Shown: positions 8,222-18,294, numbered from the stretch's first letter. The stretch: DNA of 64,000 nucleotides from Candidatus Aminicenantales bacterium (GCA_049515535.1 JBEKTZ010000004.1:1-64000), one strand, 5' to 3'. Numbers and translations are program-made. The notes: generated by a model not told the origin, from the sequence alone.

Positions 8222-9214
8222 CTATGATTTCAGCTTGAATGTCACTGTCAAGGTAAAGATGACGCCGCGGGGACGGCCGTTGATGATCATCGGCTCGTAG
8301 ACATACTGCCGCACGGCATCGATGGCCGCCTGGTCCAGGAGCGGAATCGATTTTAAAACCTTGTAGCCCTGGACGCGGCCGTAGATGTCGGTCATCGCCT
8401 CGATGATCACCACGCCTTCCACGCGTGCCTGGCGGGCGATGTCCGGATATATGGGGTCCACCCACTTCAATAGCTTGGGAGGTTTGATCTCGCCGATGGC
8501 CCGGACCGGGGCCTCGATCTCTCCGACCACACCGCCCAACACGCCGCCCACGACGCCGCCGAGGACCCCCCCGATCACGCCGCCTTCGACTCCGCCCTCG
8601 ACGCCGCCTTCGATCCCGACATCGGATATCTGCTCTTCGGCGATCTGGTCGGGGATCTCGACGGGGGCGACGAGCTTACCGGCCTCGAACGAGGACTGGG
8701 TTTGGACGGGCTTGATACGTTTGGCTTGGGTGCTGGCCGCTTTCTTGGCTGGCGGGGGCGGAGGCGGCGGGGGAGGCGGGGGCGGAGCGAGGAACGCGCT
8801 CGTGATCTCGATCTTCGGCAGGTTGGACGTGTTGAGGAGCGGCAGGATGACTAAAATCGAGGCGAGAATCGCGTGGGCGGCGAATGAGAATGGGAAGACC
8901 CACACCTTCGTTTTGATATTTCCCCGCGGTCTGATGAACGAGTCTTGAAACATGACGGCCTCCTTTGGCTTGACGCCGGACGATCGGCGCCGGATGCCGG
9001 ACGTGATTCGGCCCGCGAAAGAATCCCAATAGGCTTTGTCGTCAAGCTCGACGGATGGGCTTTTCGACCGGGCATCGATTTCCTGAAGGAGCGTCATCTC
9101 TTCACGGCAGAGGGCGCATTCCCGCAAATGATTCGCGACGCTCGCCTTCTGGCTTCCCTTGAGTTCTCCGTCGAGGAAGGCGCCCAAGAGAGAGAAAGCT
9201 TTTTTGTGTCTCAC
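8222..9214 (-). CDS. zf-HC2 anti-sigma domain fused to TonB
   Basis: AFLDGEL...HLRECALC (HxxxCxxC), then TM SFAAH, poly-Pro linker and YPDIARQARVEGVV. Confidence 0.88.
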   Translation of the reverse strand: MRHKKAFSLLGAFLDGELKGSQKASVANHLRECALCREEMTLLQEIDARSKSPSVELDDKAYWDSFAGRITSGIRRRSSGVKPKEAVMFQDSFIRPRGNIKTKVWVFPFSFAAHAILASILVILPLLNTSNLPKIEITSAFLAPPPPPPPPPPPPAKKAASTQAKRIKPVQTQSSFEAGKLVAPVEIPDQIAEEQISDVGIEGGVEGGVEGGVIGGVLGGVVGGVLGGVVGEIEAPVRAIGEIKPPKLLKWVDPIYPDIARQARVEGVVIIEAMTDIYGRVQGYKVLKSIPLLDQAAIDAVRQYVYEPMIINGRPRGVIFTLTVTFKLKS

Positions 9215-9768
9215 GCGCGCCTCCTTCCCGAAGAAACGTTCAAGGCCGCCTTGAGTTTCTGTCGGGCCCTGTTCAAGCGGGACATGACCGTTCCGTTGGA
9301 GATCCGGAGCGTCCGGGCGATCTCCCGGTAACTCTGATCTTCGTGGACCCTTAAGACGAATACCGCTTTCTGGTCGGGGGGAAGAGCCTCCAGGGCTTCA
9401 TGGAACAATTGCTCGGCCTCGCGTTTTTGGAGCTCATCTTGAGGCAAAGCCGTTATGGAGGGGTCCCTTTCGCCCAGAGGCTCTTCCCGTTTTTTTGCTT
9501 TCAGATAATTCAAGCTCGCGTTGACGGCGATTTTCCGGATCCAGCCATAAAAGCCAAAGCCCTCCTTGAACGTTGAGAGCGCGAAATAGGCTTTGATGAA
9601 GGTTTCTTGGGCGATGTCGTCCGCCGCCTGGTGCGTTCCCGTCATCCGACGGCAGAGGTAATAAATGGCGTGTTGGTACATCTTGATCAGCTGTTCAAAA
9701 GCAGCCGTGTCTCCCTTTTTGGCCGCGCCGACCAGCCGCTGTTCCTCCAAAGCGTCCGTTGGCCTCAT
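9211..9768 (-). CDS. ECF RNA polymerase sigma factor
   Basis: GDTAAFEQL, ADDIAQETFIKAY, SYREIARTL..SNGTVMSRLNRAR; overlaps the downstream gene by 4 bp. Confidence 0.93.
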   Translation of the reverse strand: MRPTDALEEQRLVGAAKKGDTAAFEQLIKMYQHAIYYLCRRMTGTHQAADDIAQETFIKAYFALSTFKEGFGFYGWIRKIAVNASLNYLKAKKREEPLGERDPSITALPQDELQKREAEQLFHEALEALPPDQKAVFVLRVHEDQSYREIARTLRISNGTVMSRLNRARQKLKAALNVSSGRRRA

Positions 9769-9785
9769 CTGAGCTCCATTTGGAT

Positions 9786-9811
9786 ATACAATCCAGAATC
9801 CGATTTATTCC
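9786..9811 (-). promoter_or_regulatory. Putative autoregulatory ECF promoter, copy 2
   Basis: GGAATAAATC-GGATTCTGGA-TTGTAT just upstream of the sigma ATG. Confidence 0.72.
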
Positions 9812-10008
9812 GGGACTCTTCCCCTTGCATCATCATATTCCCCAGCAAGTTGTATGCCAAAATTGAGTTCCGCGCGTTTTATCCCTGGCCGGTCCCTCAT
9901 TTGCCAGGAATTATTCGTTATGTTATAAAATATTTTGCCCGGCACCGGCTGCGCGTGTAAAGATTGTTTTCATCCGACTCGTTCATGGCCCAAGAGAAGG
10001 AGGCCCGC

Positions 10009-11790
10009 ATGGTCGAAACATTAAGCCAGCTTTTTTTGAACACCGTCACATCCTATCCCAAACCGGATATCCTGTTATCCAAGGAAAAAGGGAGCTATGT
10101 CTCGATCTCCAGCGAGGAATGCCGACGCCGCGTCAAATATATCGCGCTCGGACTCAGAAGCCTGGGCTGCAAGGCGGGCGACAAGATCATCATCCTTGCG
10201 GACAACGGTCCGCTGTGGATCATGGCGGATTTCGCGATTTTGTGTCTGGGCGCCGTGACGGTCCCGATCTATCCGTCGCTCGTTCCCGAACAGATCCGCT
10301 ATATCATCGACGATTCGGACGCCTCCATTGTTCTGTGCTCTTCCCCGGCGCTTTGGCGGAAAATCGAAGCCGTCAAAAAGGACTTGGGCAAGGTGTCGCA
10401 CTTCGTCTTTTTTCCGACGGAAGCTCCGGCGGGAACGCTCGCCTTATCCGAGCTCATGGCTGCGGGCCGGGCCATGGACGAGAAAAATCCGGGGCATTTC
10501 GAGAAAATCGCAGCCGGCGTGAAGCCGGGTGACCTGGCTTCCATCATCTATACATCCGGGACGACGGGCGTGCCGAAAGGCGTCATGTTGACCCACGGCA
10601 ATTTCGTCAGCAACATCAAGACGATGGTCGCCCTTGTCCAGTTCGGCCACCCCGATTACGTCCTCTCATTTCTGCCGTTGTCGCACGTCCTGGAGCGCAT
10701 GACGACCTTTTCCTTCCTTTCCAAAGGATGCTCGATCGCCTACGCTGAAAGCGTGGATACCGTGGCCGAAAACCTCCTCGAAGTCAGACCCCAGATCATG
10801 GTCAGCGTGCCTCGCCTTTTCGAAAAGCTGTATGCCAAGGTCATGGACAACGTGCTCCTCAGCTCATCTTTGAAGAAAAAAATCTTTTTCTGGGCCGTTC
10901 GCGTCGGAATGGAGAGCGGCCGGCGCTCGATCCAAAAGCGGCCGGTTTCGGGGAGCCTCCGGCTCAAGAAGCGCCTGGCCCACAAGCTCGTCTTTTCGAA
11001 GATCCTGGAAAAAACCGGCGGCCGGATCCGGTTCTTCGTCGCGGGCGGCGCGCCTCTGTCCAAGGACATCGCCGAGTTTTTTTACGCGATGGGCCTGGTC
11101 ATCCTGGAAGGCTACGGCCTGACCGAGACGGCGCCCGTCCTTGCCGTCAACACGTTCGAAGACGTCAAATTCGGCACGGTCGGGAAGCCCATCCCCGGCC
11201 TCGAACTCACGTTCGCGGGCGACGGGGAGATCCTCGTCAAGGGGCCGAACGTCATGACGGGTTATTATAAAAAGGAAGCCGAGACGCGGGAGGTCTTCGA
11301 TGTCCAAGGCCGCTTCCACACCGGCGACATCGGCCGCCTTGACGAGGACGGATTTCTCGTCATCACCGACAGGAAGAAGGATCTGATCGTCACGGCGGGC
11401 GGAAAGAACATCGCTCCCCAGTTCATCGAAAACTTGTTGAAGAGAAGCCCGTACATCACCAACGCGGTCGTGGTCGGCGGCCGGCGGAAATTCATCTCGG
11501 CGCTGATCGTCCCCAATCTTGAAAAGATGGAGGAATACGCCAAGCTGAACGCCATCGCCTATAGCGGAGCCTCGGAACTCGTCGGCCGCGAGGGGATCAA
11601 GAAATTCCTGCAGGACGAGATCGACCGGATAACCCCGAACCTGGCCCCCTACGAGAAGATCAAGAAGATCATCGTCCTCGACAGGGATTTCGAAATCGAG
11701 CGGGAAGAACTGACGCCGACGCTCAAAATCAAGCGCAACAAGGTCGAAGAAAAATATAAAGACCTTATCGACGCCCTTTACCGGGAGTAA
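10009..11790 (+). CDS. Long-chain fatty acid-CoA ligase (AMP-forming)
   Basis: IIYTSGTTGVPKG, GYGLTET, FHTGDIG, ELTPTLKIKR; AAGGAGG RBS. Confidence 0.92.
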   Translation: MVETLSQLFLNTVTSYPKPDILLSKEKGSYVSISSEECRRRVKYIALGLRSLGCKAGDKIIILADNGPLWIMADFAILCLGAVTVPIYPSLVPEQIRYIIDDSDASIVLCSSPALWRKIEAVKKDLGKVSHFVFFPTEAPAGTLALSELMAAGRAMDEKNPGHFEKIAAGVKPGDLASIIYTSGTTGVPKGVMLTHGNFVSNIKTMVALVQFGHPDYVLSFLPLSHVLERMTTFSFLSKGCSIAYAESVDTVAENLLEVRPQIMVSVPRLFEKLYAKVMDNVLLSSSLKKKIFFWAVRVGMESGRRSIQKRPVSGSLRLKKRLAHKLVFSKILEKTGGRIRFFVAGGAPLSKDIAEFFYAMGLVILEGYGLTETAPVLAVNTFEDVKFGTVGKPIPGLELTFAGDGEILVKGPNVMTGYYKKEAETREVFDVQGRFHTGDIGRLDEDGFLVITDRKKDLIVTAGGKNIAPQFIENLLKRSPYITNAVVVGGRRKFISALIVPNLEKMEEYAKLNAIAYSGASELVGREGIKKFLQDEIDRITPNLAPYEKIKKIIVLDRDFEIEREELTPTLKIKRNKVEEKYKDLIDALYRE

Positions 11791-11836
11791 AGCCTCAGCG
11801 GATCTCCAATTTATTCAAGATCGCCCGGTAGATCGC

Positions 11837-12061
11837 CTGTCCCGCGGAGAACGCGACGCTGCCGATCTGTATCGGAAATACCTGTCCCACGCCGGAGCCA
11901 ACGTCCCGGTCCTTAACGCCCTCGGCGAATGCCATGACCGCCTCAGAGAGTTCAAGGACGCCCTGGCCGCCTTCGAGCGGTCGCTCGAGCTCAAACCCGA
12001 CCAGGACGCCGTCCGCAAACGCGTCGAGGACTTAAGGAAAAAGCGTTGCCCCGGGGCTTAA
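11837..12061 (+). pseudogene. 5'-truncated TPR gene remnant
   Basis: Startless frame ...VLNALGECHDRLREFKDALAAFERSLELKPDQDAVRKRVEDL...*. Confidence 0.6.
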
Positions 12062-12194
12062 GGGGCAAGGACTTTTTTTGTTATGAAGTCGTAGATTTGG
12101 CCGGGGAGAAGGATGTGGGTCGTCATCCGCCTATCGGTCGGTGCAGTGGGATTTTTTGCCCAAAGAACCTCTTCTTGGCCGCCCCGAGGATTTC

Positions 12195-12223
12195 TTGACA
12201 TCGTCGGCGGCCGGCGATATATT
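12195..12223 (+). promoter_or_regulatory. Putative sigma70 promoter
   Basis: TTGACA-17-TATATT upstream of the radical SAM gene. Confidence 0.55.
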
Positions 12224-12324
12224 ACAGCCACAGATAGGACAAGAGATTCATCGGCCGGATCCGTTTTTCGCTCCGCCGCGGAAAAAAGAAAATCCTGATC
12301 TTTTTGAATATGAGGAAGAACACG

Positions 12325-13671
12325 ATGATAAAACTCGCTATGGTGTACCCCTCCAGGGTTAAAGAAACAAAAGGAGAAGAACTGCTCTATAGTCCCCTCG
12401 CTCTCGGCTACCTCGCGAGGCACACACCCGATTATTATCATATCACTCTCTATGACGAATATGTCGGAACAGACCTCGATCCTGACACTGTCGATGCCGA
12501 TCTTGTCGCAGTTTCGGCGATAACGCCGGGCATTTCGCGCGCTTATGAAATCGGTGACCGGCTCAGAAAACGAGGAATAAAAACCATTATCGGCGGCGCC
12601 CATGTTACCGCTCTGCCTGATGAAGCACTCCAGCATTTTGACACGGTCTGTCAGGGTGAAGGCGAGTCGCCATGGCGGGAATATCTTAAAGACTATGAAA
12701 AAGGCCATACAAAACAAACCTATTACGGACCGATGAATGTGTCGCTCGAAAATTTAGGCACACCGCGGCGGGATATGTGTCATCCGAATTATCAATATCC
12801 ATCGGTGCTGACATCCCGAGGGTGCGCATATGGCTGTTCATTCTGCTATCTCACGGTCTTCAAAGAGCGGAAATATCGGACGATTCCGCATGACACGATT
12901 TTGGAAGATCTCGATATGGTCAAAGACAATTTCGCGGTCATTGTGACAGACGAAAATTTTATCGGTTATTCCGAGAAGGACATGGAAGACAGAAAAATCC
13001 TTATGGAAAAAATAATACGAAAAAAATATAAATTCGTATGGGGATGTCAGGCTACGACGACACTGGCCGCCCAGCCGGAATTGATGGACCTGATGTACCG
13101 TTCAGGATGCCGCGGCGTTTTTATCGGATTCGAATCCTCAGCAGACGACGAGGAAGGCCTCAAACAGATTAGAAAACACCACAATATCGGACTCGATTAT
13201 ACGGAAATAATGGCGAATCTACACAAGCATAATCTCGCGGTCATCGCGTCAACGATTCTTGGACTGGATTCGCATACGAAGGAATACCCGAAAAAACTTA
13301 TCAAAGAGCTGAAGAAGGCAAAGGCCGATTTTCCACGCGTTTTCTTCGCAACCGCATGGCCGGGGACCCCGCTTTTTGAAAGTCTTGAAAAGGAAGGGAG
13401 GGCAAATCGCAACTGGGACGAAATAAGAAAGGACGTGCCCTCGATAAAATTCAAACATTTCACCCATGAGGAAGCGATCGCGGCCAGGAAAGAGATTCTG
13501 GACGCGTTTTTCAACGTCTTTTCAATGTCAAAGGTTATCGCGAATTGGATATTTAAAGATAGAACTCTATTGCTGATGTTCATTAAGATGAGCATCAGGA
13601 ATAGAATTGCCGAAATAATCAAGCGCCGCAGACAATATAAAAGCGAAGACAAAATCAAACGTCCCGGTTGA
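12325..13671 (+). CDS. B12-binding radical SAM protein
   Basis: IIGGAHVTALP, GEGE, SRGCAYGCSFC (CxxxCxxC); visibly AT-richer than its neighbours. Confidence 0.9.
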   Translation: MIKLAMVYPSRVKETKGEELLYSPLALGYLARHTPDYYHITLYDEYVGTDLDPDTVDADLVAVSAITPGISRAYEIGDRLRKRGIKTIIGGAHVTALPDEALQHFDTVCQGEGESPWREYLKDYEKGHTKQTYYGPMNVSLENLGTPRRDMCHPNYQYPSVLTSRGCAYGCSFCYLTVFKERKYRTIPHDTILEDLDMVKDNFAVIVTDENFIGYSEKDMEDRKILMEKIIRKKYKFVWGCQATTTLAAQPELMDLMYRSGCRGVFIGFESSADDEEGLKQIRKHHNIGLDYTEIMANLHKHNLAVIASTILGLDSHTKEYPKKLIKELKKAKADFPRVFFATAWPGTPLFESLEKEGRANRNWDEIRKDVPSIKFKHFTHEEAIAARKEILDAFFNVFSMSKVIANWIFKDRTLLLMFIKMSIRNRIAEIIKRRRQYKSEDKIKRPG

Positions 13672-14067
13672 AACAAAACCAGCACAAAAGGCTCGTTGAC
13701 GAGCAGTTTATGTTCGAAATATGCCTTTTGCTGCATTAGCATCTGCTTCCGCTTTAATCCCATTTCTTCCTCCTCTCCAATTCAGTTATTTTTCTCCGCC
13801 AAATCAAAGATTATACAGAACTTTCTTTTCCCTGTCGGCAGATAATTACCGAGCGTATGTATATCAGGGTTTTCGCCAAAAAGCCATCGCATTTTAGGAG
13901 GTCAACAGGGGCTGCATCAAGAAGGAGAAGACATTTTTCCGCGCCGCCGGAAGGAAAAAACTCGCGCCTTGACAAGATCGGACGTCTGCGCTATTTTCAA
14001 AATACGCCGTTGCGGACGACGGATCGAGGGATCATCTTCTTTCCCCGCGATCCGAAGGAGAGGTCAC

Positions 14068-14868
14068 ATGAAGAAATCGGTTGGAATGGGGATCATCGCC
14101 GCGATCGTCGTTCTCATGTCCTCGGCCTGCCTGATTCCTTACTTTATGCCCGAATCCGGATCCTACCCGCCGCGGCATGAGTTCCACCGCGTGGTCGCCA
14201 TGGAACCCGGGGGGACGATCTCGCTGGAAAACGCGTCCGGCGATATCGAGATCCGCGGCTGGGACAAGAATGAAGTGGAGATCACCGCGGAGGAGGATTG
14301 GGGCCCGACGGTCGGGTGGCAGAGCCGGCTTTACGGCCGGAGATCGACCCCGTTCGGAGTGGACGTCGATATGAGCGAGAATATCCTTAAGATCAAGACA
14401 CGCCTTTCGACGCATGAAGACACGCTTCGGTCTGTGCATTATTATCTCAACGTCCCTCGTTCCGTGAACCTTCAAGACGTGCGGAACAAGGACGGCGACA
14501 TTGTGATCGCCGATCTCTATGGCAAAGTCAAGGTCGACCTTGAAAAAGGGGATATCACCATCGAAAATTTTTCCGGTCCTCTCGACCTTTTGCTGGGAGA
14601 GGGATCGGTCGAAGCCGAACTTCTCGACCTACGGCCGGAGGATGACGTCAAGATCACGGTGAAAGAAGGTCCGATCACGCTCCTCCTCCAGCCCGACGTC
14701 GATGTCCGGCTCGACGCGACGGCGGCCCAAGGGACGATATCTTCCGATTTTGACCTCGGCCAGACCCTTCCGGCCAAAAAAGTGAGCGCCCGGATCGGAA
14801 AAACGGAAGCGGCCTCAATGTCCTTGACGGCCCTTGACGGTTTCATCCGCCTGAACAAGGCCAAGTGA
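14068..14868 (+). CDS. DUF4097-like beta-strand repeat lipoprotein
   Basis: Signal peptide with SSAC lipobox; repeated GDI/GSV/GTI beta motifs. Confidence 0.72.
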   Translation: MKKSVGMGIIAAIVVLMSSACLIPYFMPESGSYPPRHEFHRVVAMEPGGTISLENASGDIEIRGWDKNEVEITAEEDWGPTVGWQSRLYGRRSTPFGVDVDMSENILKIKTRLSTHEDTLRSVHYYLNVPRSVNLQDVRNKDGDIVIADLYGKVKVDLEKGDITIENFSGPLDLLLGEGSVEAELLDLRPEDDVKITVKEGPITLLLQPDVDVRLDATAAQGTISSDFDLGQTLPAKKVSARIGKTEAASMSLTALDGFIRLNKAK

Positions 14869-14888
14869 ACGGCGGAATAGGAGATCCC

Positions 14889-15719
14889 ATGGACGAAAAC
14901 AAGAAGATCATCCGGACCGGCATCATCATCGTTTTTATTCTGATTGTCGCCGTCGCCGCGTATTATTTTTTCATCGCCGGGAAAGGGAAAGCCAAAGGGA
15001 TTCCCGAACCGACGCTCCAGACGCAAAAACCGGCAAGCGAAGAGGTGGCGGCGAAGGAGACCAAGGACTTGGCGGCCCTTTCGATGAATTTGGAGAAAAG
15101 CGATGAGGCCGTCCGGAATCTTGTCGCGGACTTGTCTTCAAACCCGACGTTTGCCCAATGGCTGAAGACGAAAGAACTCGTCCGAAAATTCACGGCCGCC
15201 GTGGATAATATCGCCAACGGTCAAAGCCCGCGGCCCCAGATGGATTTCTTTGCCTTGAGCGGGGAATTCAAAACGGTGGTTAAAAACGGCCAAACGCTTC
15301 TCGATCCGGCCGATTATGACCGTTATAACGGCGTCGCCGACGTGTTCGACTCGGTGAGCACCTCGAATTGCGCCCGTTTCTACGGGGGCTTCAAACCGCT
15401 TTTCCAACAAGCCTATCGCGAGCTCGGATATCCCAAGGGCGATTTCCATCAGACGCTGTTGCGGGCGATCGTCGAAATCCTCAAGACTCCCGTCGTGGAT
15501 GCGCCGATCGTCCTCGAAAAAAAGATCGCCAGCTACGCCATGACGGATCCGAACCTCGAAGACCTGAGCCCGGCTCAAAAGCACCTTCTGAGAATGGGTC
15601 CGGAAAATCTTCAACTCATCCAGGCCAAGCTGCGCGAGATCGCCCTGGCCCTCGGTTTTACCGAAAGCCAGCTGCCGAAGCAGGCGGCGGCCACGCCGGG
15701 TAAAAAGCCGAAATTGTAG
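14889..15719 (+). CDS. DUF3014-like membrane-anchored protein
   Basis: N-terminal TM; VDNIANG, PLFQQAYRELGYP, LSPAQKHLLRMGPEN. Confidence 0.78.
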   Translation: MDENKKIIRTGIIIVFILIVAVAAYYFFIAGKGKAKGIPEPTLQTQKPASEEVAAKETKDLAALSMNLEKSDEAVRNLVADLSSNPTFAQWLKTKELVRKFTAAVDNIANGQSPRPQMDFFALSGEFKTVVKNGQTLLDPADYDRYNGVADVFDSVSTSNCARFYGGFKPLFQQAYRELGYPKGDFHQTLLRAIVEILKTPVVDAPIVLEKKIASYAMTDPNLEDLSPAQKHLLRMGPENLQLIQAKLREIALALGFTESQLPKQAAATPGKKPKL

Positions 15720-15765
15720 AAATCTCGCCGACAGGCGCGGAACGCCGGCCCGAGGGAAGGATTTC

Positions 15766-16761
15766 TCATTTTTTCCAACGGAAAGGCTCGGCCCGGTTAA
15801 AATCCGGAACGAGATGGTCGTCCGGCCCGAAGAGCTCGGGCTGGAGAAAAAGATTTTCGAACCCCAGCTGTCGGGCCCTCGACACAACGGCCCGATATTC
15901 CTCTCCGGATAAAGGTCTTCGAATGTCGTCGGGGGCGCGGAACGAAGGCCGGTACTGACTCATCAGGCTCAGCGATATCGTCAAAGGAAGATTTTTCGCG
16001 ATCCAATCCAGAATCGCCAGCGAGTCGTCGGTTTGTCCGGGCAGAATCAGGTGTCTGATGATGAGTCCTCGCCGCGCCGTATCTTGCTCGTCGAGGACAA
16101 GCTCCGGCTGCTGGACGAACATCTCCTGAATGGCGAGGCCGGCGTTCTCGAAATAGTCGCCGGCTCCGGAATACTTTTGCGACACGCGCGACGAAAAATA
16201 TTTCAGGTCGGGCAGGTAGATATCCACGATGCCGGCGAGTTTCTCGACGACCTCGATCTTTTCATACCCGTTGGAGTTGTAGACGAGGGGGATGGCGAGC
16301 CCTTTCGAGCAGGCGATTTTCAAGGCCCTCAATATGGGCAGGATGAGATGGGTCGGGGAGACAAGGTTGATATTATAGGCGCCCTGATCCTGAAGGCCGA
16401 GCATCAGAGCCGCGAGCTCTTTATCATCCACAATCGGGCCTTGAGCGTGCCAGCTGATCTGATAATTCTGGCAGAACAGGCACTTGAGGTTGCATCCCGT
16501 GAAAAAGACCGTTCCCGAGCCTCGCGGCCTCCCGCCGCCCGGCTTGGCTTCGGCGGCGCAATCATGGTGTCCGCTTAAGACGGGCTCCTCGCCGTAATGG
16601 AGAAGCGCGGCGGATACGCCGGCCGCGGACCCACTCTGGCAGATACCGGAGCGGTCCTTTCTCCGGTCGACCCGGCATGCGCGCGGGCAGAGCGTGCAGT
16701 TCGCTTCGAGCGGCTCGAGGGCGTCGAGAGCCCGTTCGATGCGCGCGATCTTCTTGTTCAT
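15766..16761 (-). CDS. PflX-like radical SAM protein
   Basis: CTLCPRAC, HYGEEP, GSGTVFFTGCNLKCLFCQN, IYLPDLKY, LIIRHLILPG. Confidence 0.9.
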   Translation of the reverse strand: MNKKIARIERALDALEPLEANCTLCPRACRVDRRKDRSGICQSGSAAGVSAALLHYGEEPVLSGHHDCAAEAKPGGGRPRGSGTVFFTGCNLKCLFCQNYQISWHAQGPIVDDKELAALMLGLQDQGAYNINLVSPTHLILPILRALKIACSKGLAIPLVYNSNGYEKIEVVEKLAGIVDIYLPDLKYFSSRVSQKYSGAGDYFENAGLAIQEMFVQQPELVLDEQDTARRGLIIRHLILPGQTDDSLAILDWIAKNLPLTISLSLMSQYRPSFRAPDDIRRPLSGEEYRAVVSRARQLGFENLFLQPELFGPDDHLVPDFNRAEPFRWKK

Positions 16762-16799
16762 GATGGGCCGTTCCCATTTTAGCAAATTTGTCGCCATTC

Positions 16800-16827
16800 T
16801 TGACAGATGTCCGGCCGTCAGTATAAT
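16800..16827 (+). promoter_or_regulatory. Consensus sigma70 promoter
   Basis: TTGACA-16-TATAAT upstream of dedA. Confidence 0.7.
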
Positions 16828-16855
16828 CCGGCTTCAGGCGCGAAAAGGAGAGACC

Positions 16856-17515
16856 TTGACAGTCCAGCCGAAAATCTTCGACATCATCCTTCACCTGGAT
16901 AAGTTCCTGAAAGACAAAGAATTCCTGGCCCAGTATATCATTCCCCATGTTCCCTGGCTTTACGTGGGCCTTTTCGTCGTCATCTTTTGCGAGACCGGCT
17001 TGGTTGTCACGCCTTTTTTGCCCGGTGATTCGCTGATTTTCGCGGCCGGCACGCTGGCCGCCAAGGGCATCCTTAAAATCGGCTGGCTTTTCCTCATCCT
17101 GGCCGCCGCAGCCGTCCTGGGCGATACTGTCAACTACTGGATCGGCAAGCTCGCCGGACCCAAAATCTTCCATAAGGAAAAAACGCGCTTCTTCAAGAAG
17201 GAATATCTCGACCGGACGCATGATTTTTATGAGAAATACGGGGCCGAGACGATCATCATCGCCCGCTTTGTGCCCATCATCCGGACCTTCGCGCCCTTCG
17301 TTGCGGGCATCGGCAAGATGTCCTATGGGAAATTCATCAGCTACAATGTCGTCGGCGGCATCGGCTGGGTCGCCCTGTTCACGTTCGGGGGATATTTCTT
17401 CGGCAGCCTCCCCTTCGTCGAGAACAATTTCTCCGTCGTCATCATCGTCATCATCTTGATTTCGCTCGTTCCGGCCGTCTGGGAATTTTTCAAGCACAGA
17501 AAAAAGAAAGACTAA
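16856..17515 (+). CDS. dedA: DedA/VTT family membrane protein
   Basis: FCETGLVVTPFLPGDSL, ARFVPIIRTFAPFVAG; AAGGAG before a TTG start. Confidence 0.9.
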   Translation: MTVQPKIFDIILHLDKFLKDKEFLAQYIIPHVPWLYVGLFVVIFCETGLVVTPFLPGDSLIFAAGTLAAKGILKIGWLFLILAAAAVLGDTVNYWIGKLAGPKIFHKEKTRFFKKEYLDRTHDFYEKYGAETIIIARFVPIIRTFAPFVAGIGKMSYGKFISYNVVGGIGWVALFTFGGYFFGSLPFVENNFSVVIIVIILISLVPAVWEFFKHRKKKD

Positions 17516-18294
17516 GGTTTTTTTCCGGGCTTCAGGGACAGCGCCAGCTTTTTCATAAGCGGCAGCCGCATGGCCTCGTAATCCGTCAGGTCAATCCGGA
17601 GCGGAGAGATCGTGATGGTCCCTTCCTGGGCGGCCTTGACGTCGGTCTCATCGTCTTCAATGACGGTCGGGTTGCCGCGGCCGATCCAGTAGTAGGAATT
17701 CTCCCGGGGATCCTTCTTTTCGATGATCTCCGGATCATAGCGCTTGATGCCGACCTTGGTGATCTTCAGACCTCTGAACGGGGGAGGAGGAATATTGATA
17801 TTGAGGGTGATCCCATCGGGAAGCTTGCGGTCAAGAAGGTATTTCGCGATCCGATAGACGATCTTCGCCGCTTCGCGGAAATGGAAATCGCCGTCCCGGT
17901 CGGCGATGAGCGAGACGGCGACCGAAGGAACCTGGAAAAACGTTCCCTGGACGGCCGCCGAGACCGTGCCCGAATAGGAGACGTCCTGCTGGCCGAGATT
18001 CGGGCCGGGGTTCATCCCGGAGACGATGAGGTCCGGCGCGCGGGGAAGAAACTTCTTCATGGCCAGATAGATGCAATCGGCGGGCGTGCCGTCCACGGCA
18101 TAGACGTTGGATTTGATCCTCTGGACGCGCAGAGGCTGGCGCAGGGACAGGGCGAGGGAGCTCGCGCTTTTTTCCCTATCGGGCGCGACGATGAACAGCC
18201 GGCCCAAGTCCTTCAAGCCGCGGTAAAGCGCCTGAATCCCTTCGGCGAAAAAGCCGTCGTCGTTGGTCAGGAGGATAAGAGGTTTCGGCGTCAT
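17512..18294 (-). CDS. surE: 5'/3'-nucleotidase SurE
   Basis: ILLTNDDG, VDGTPADC, GPNLG..VSYSGTV. Confidence 0.95.
   Translation of the reverse strand: MTPKPLILLTNDDGFFAEGIQALYRGLKDLGRLFIVAPDREKSASSLALSLRQPLRVQRIKSNVYAVDGTPADCIYLAMKKFLPRAPDLIVSGMNPGPNLGQQDVSYSGTVSAAVQGTFFQVPSVAVSLIADRDGDFHFREAAKIVYRIAKYLLDRKLPDGITLNINIPPPPFRGLKITKVGIKRYDPEIIEKKDPRENSYYWIGRGNPTVIEDDETDVKAAQEGTITISPLRIDLTDYEAMRLPLMKKLALSLKPGKKP

Noticed and set aside
8520..8790. GC-rich tandem-like repeats
   Set aside because: They encode the poly-Pro and GGV linkers of TonB
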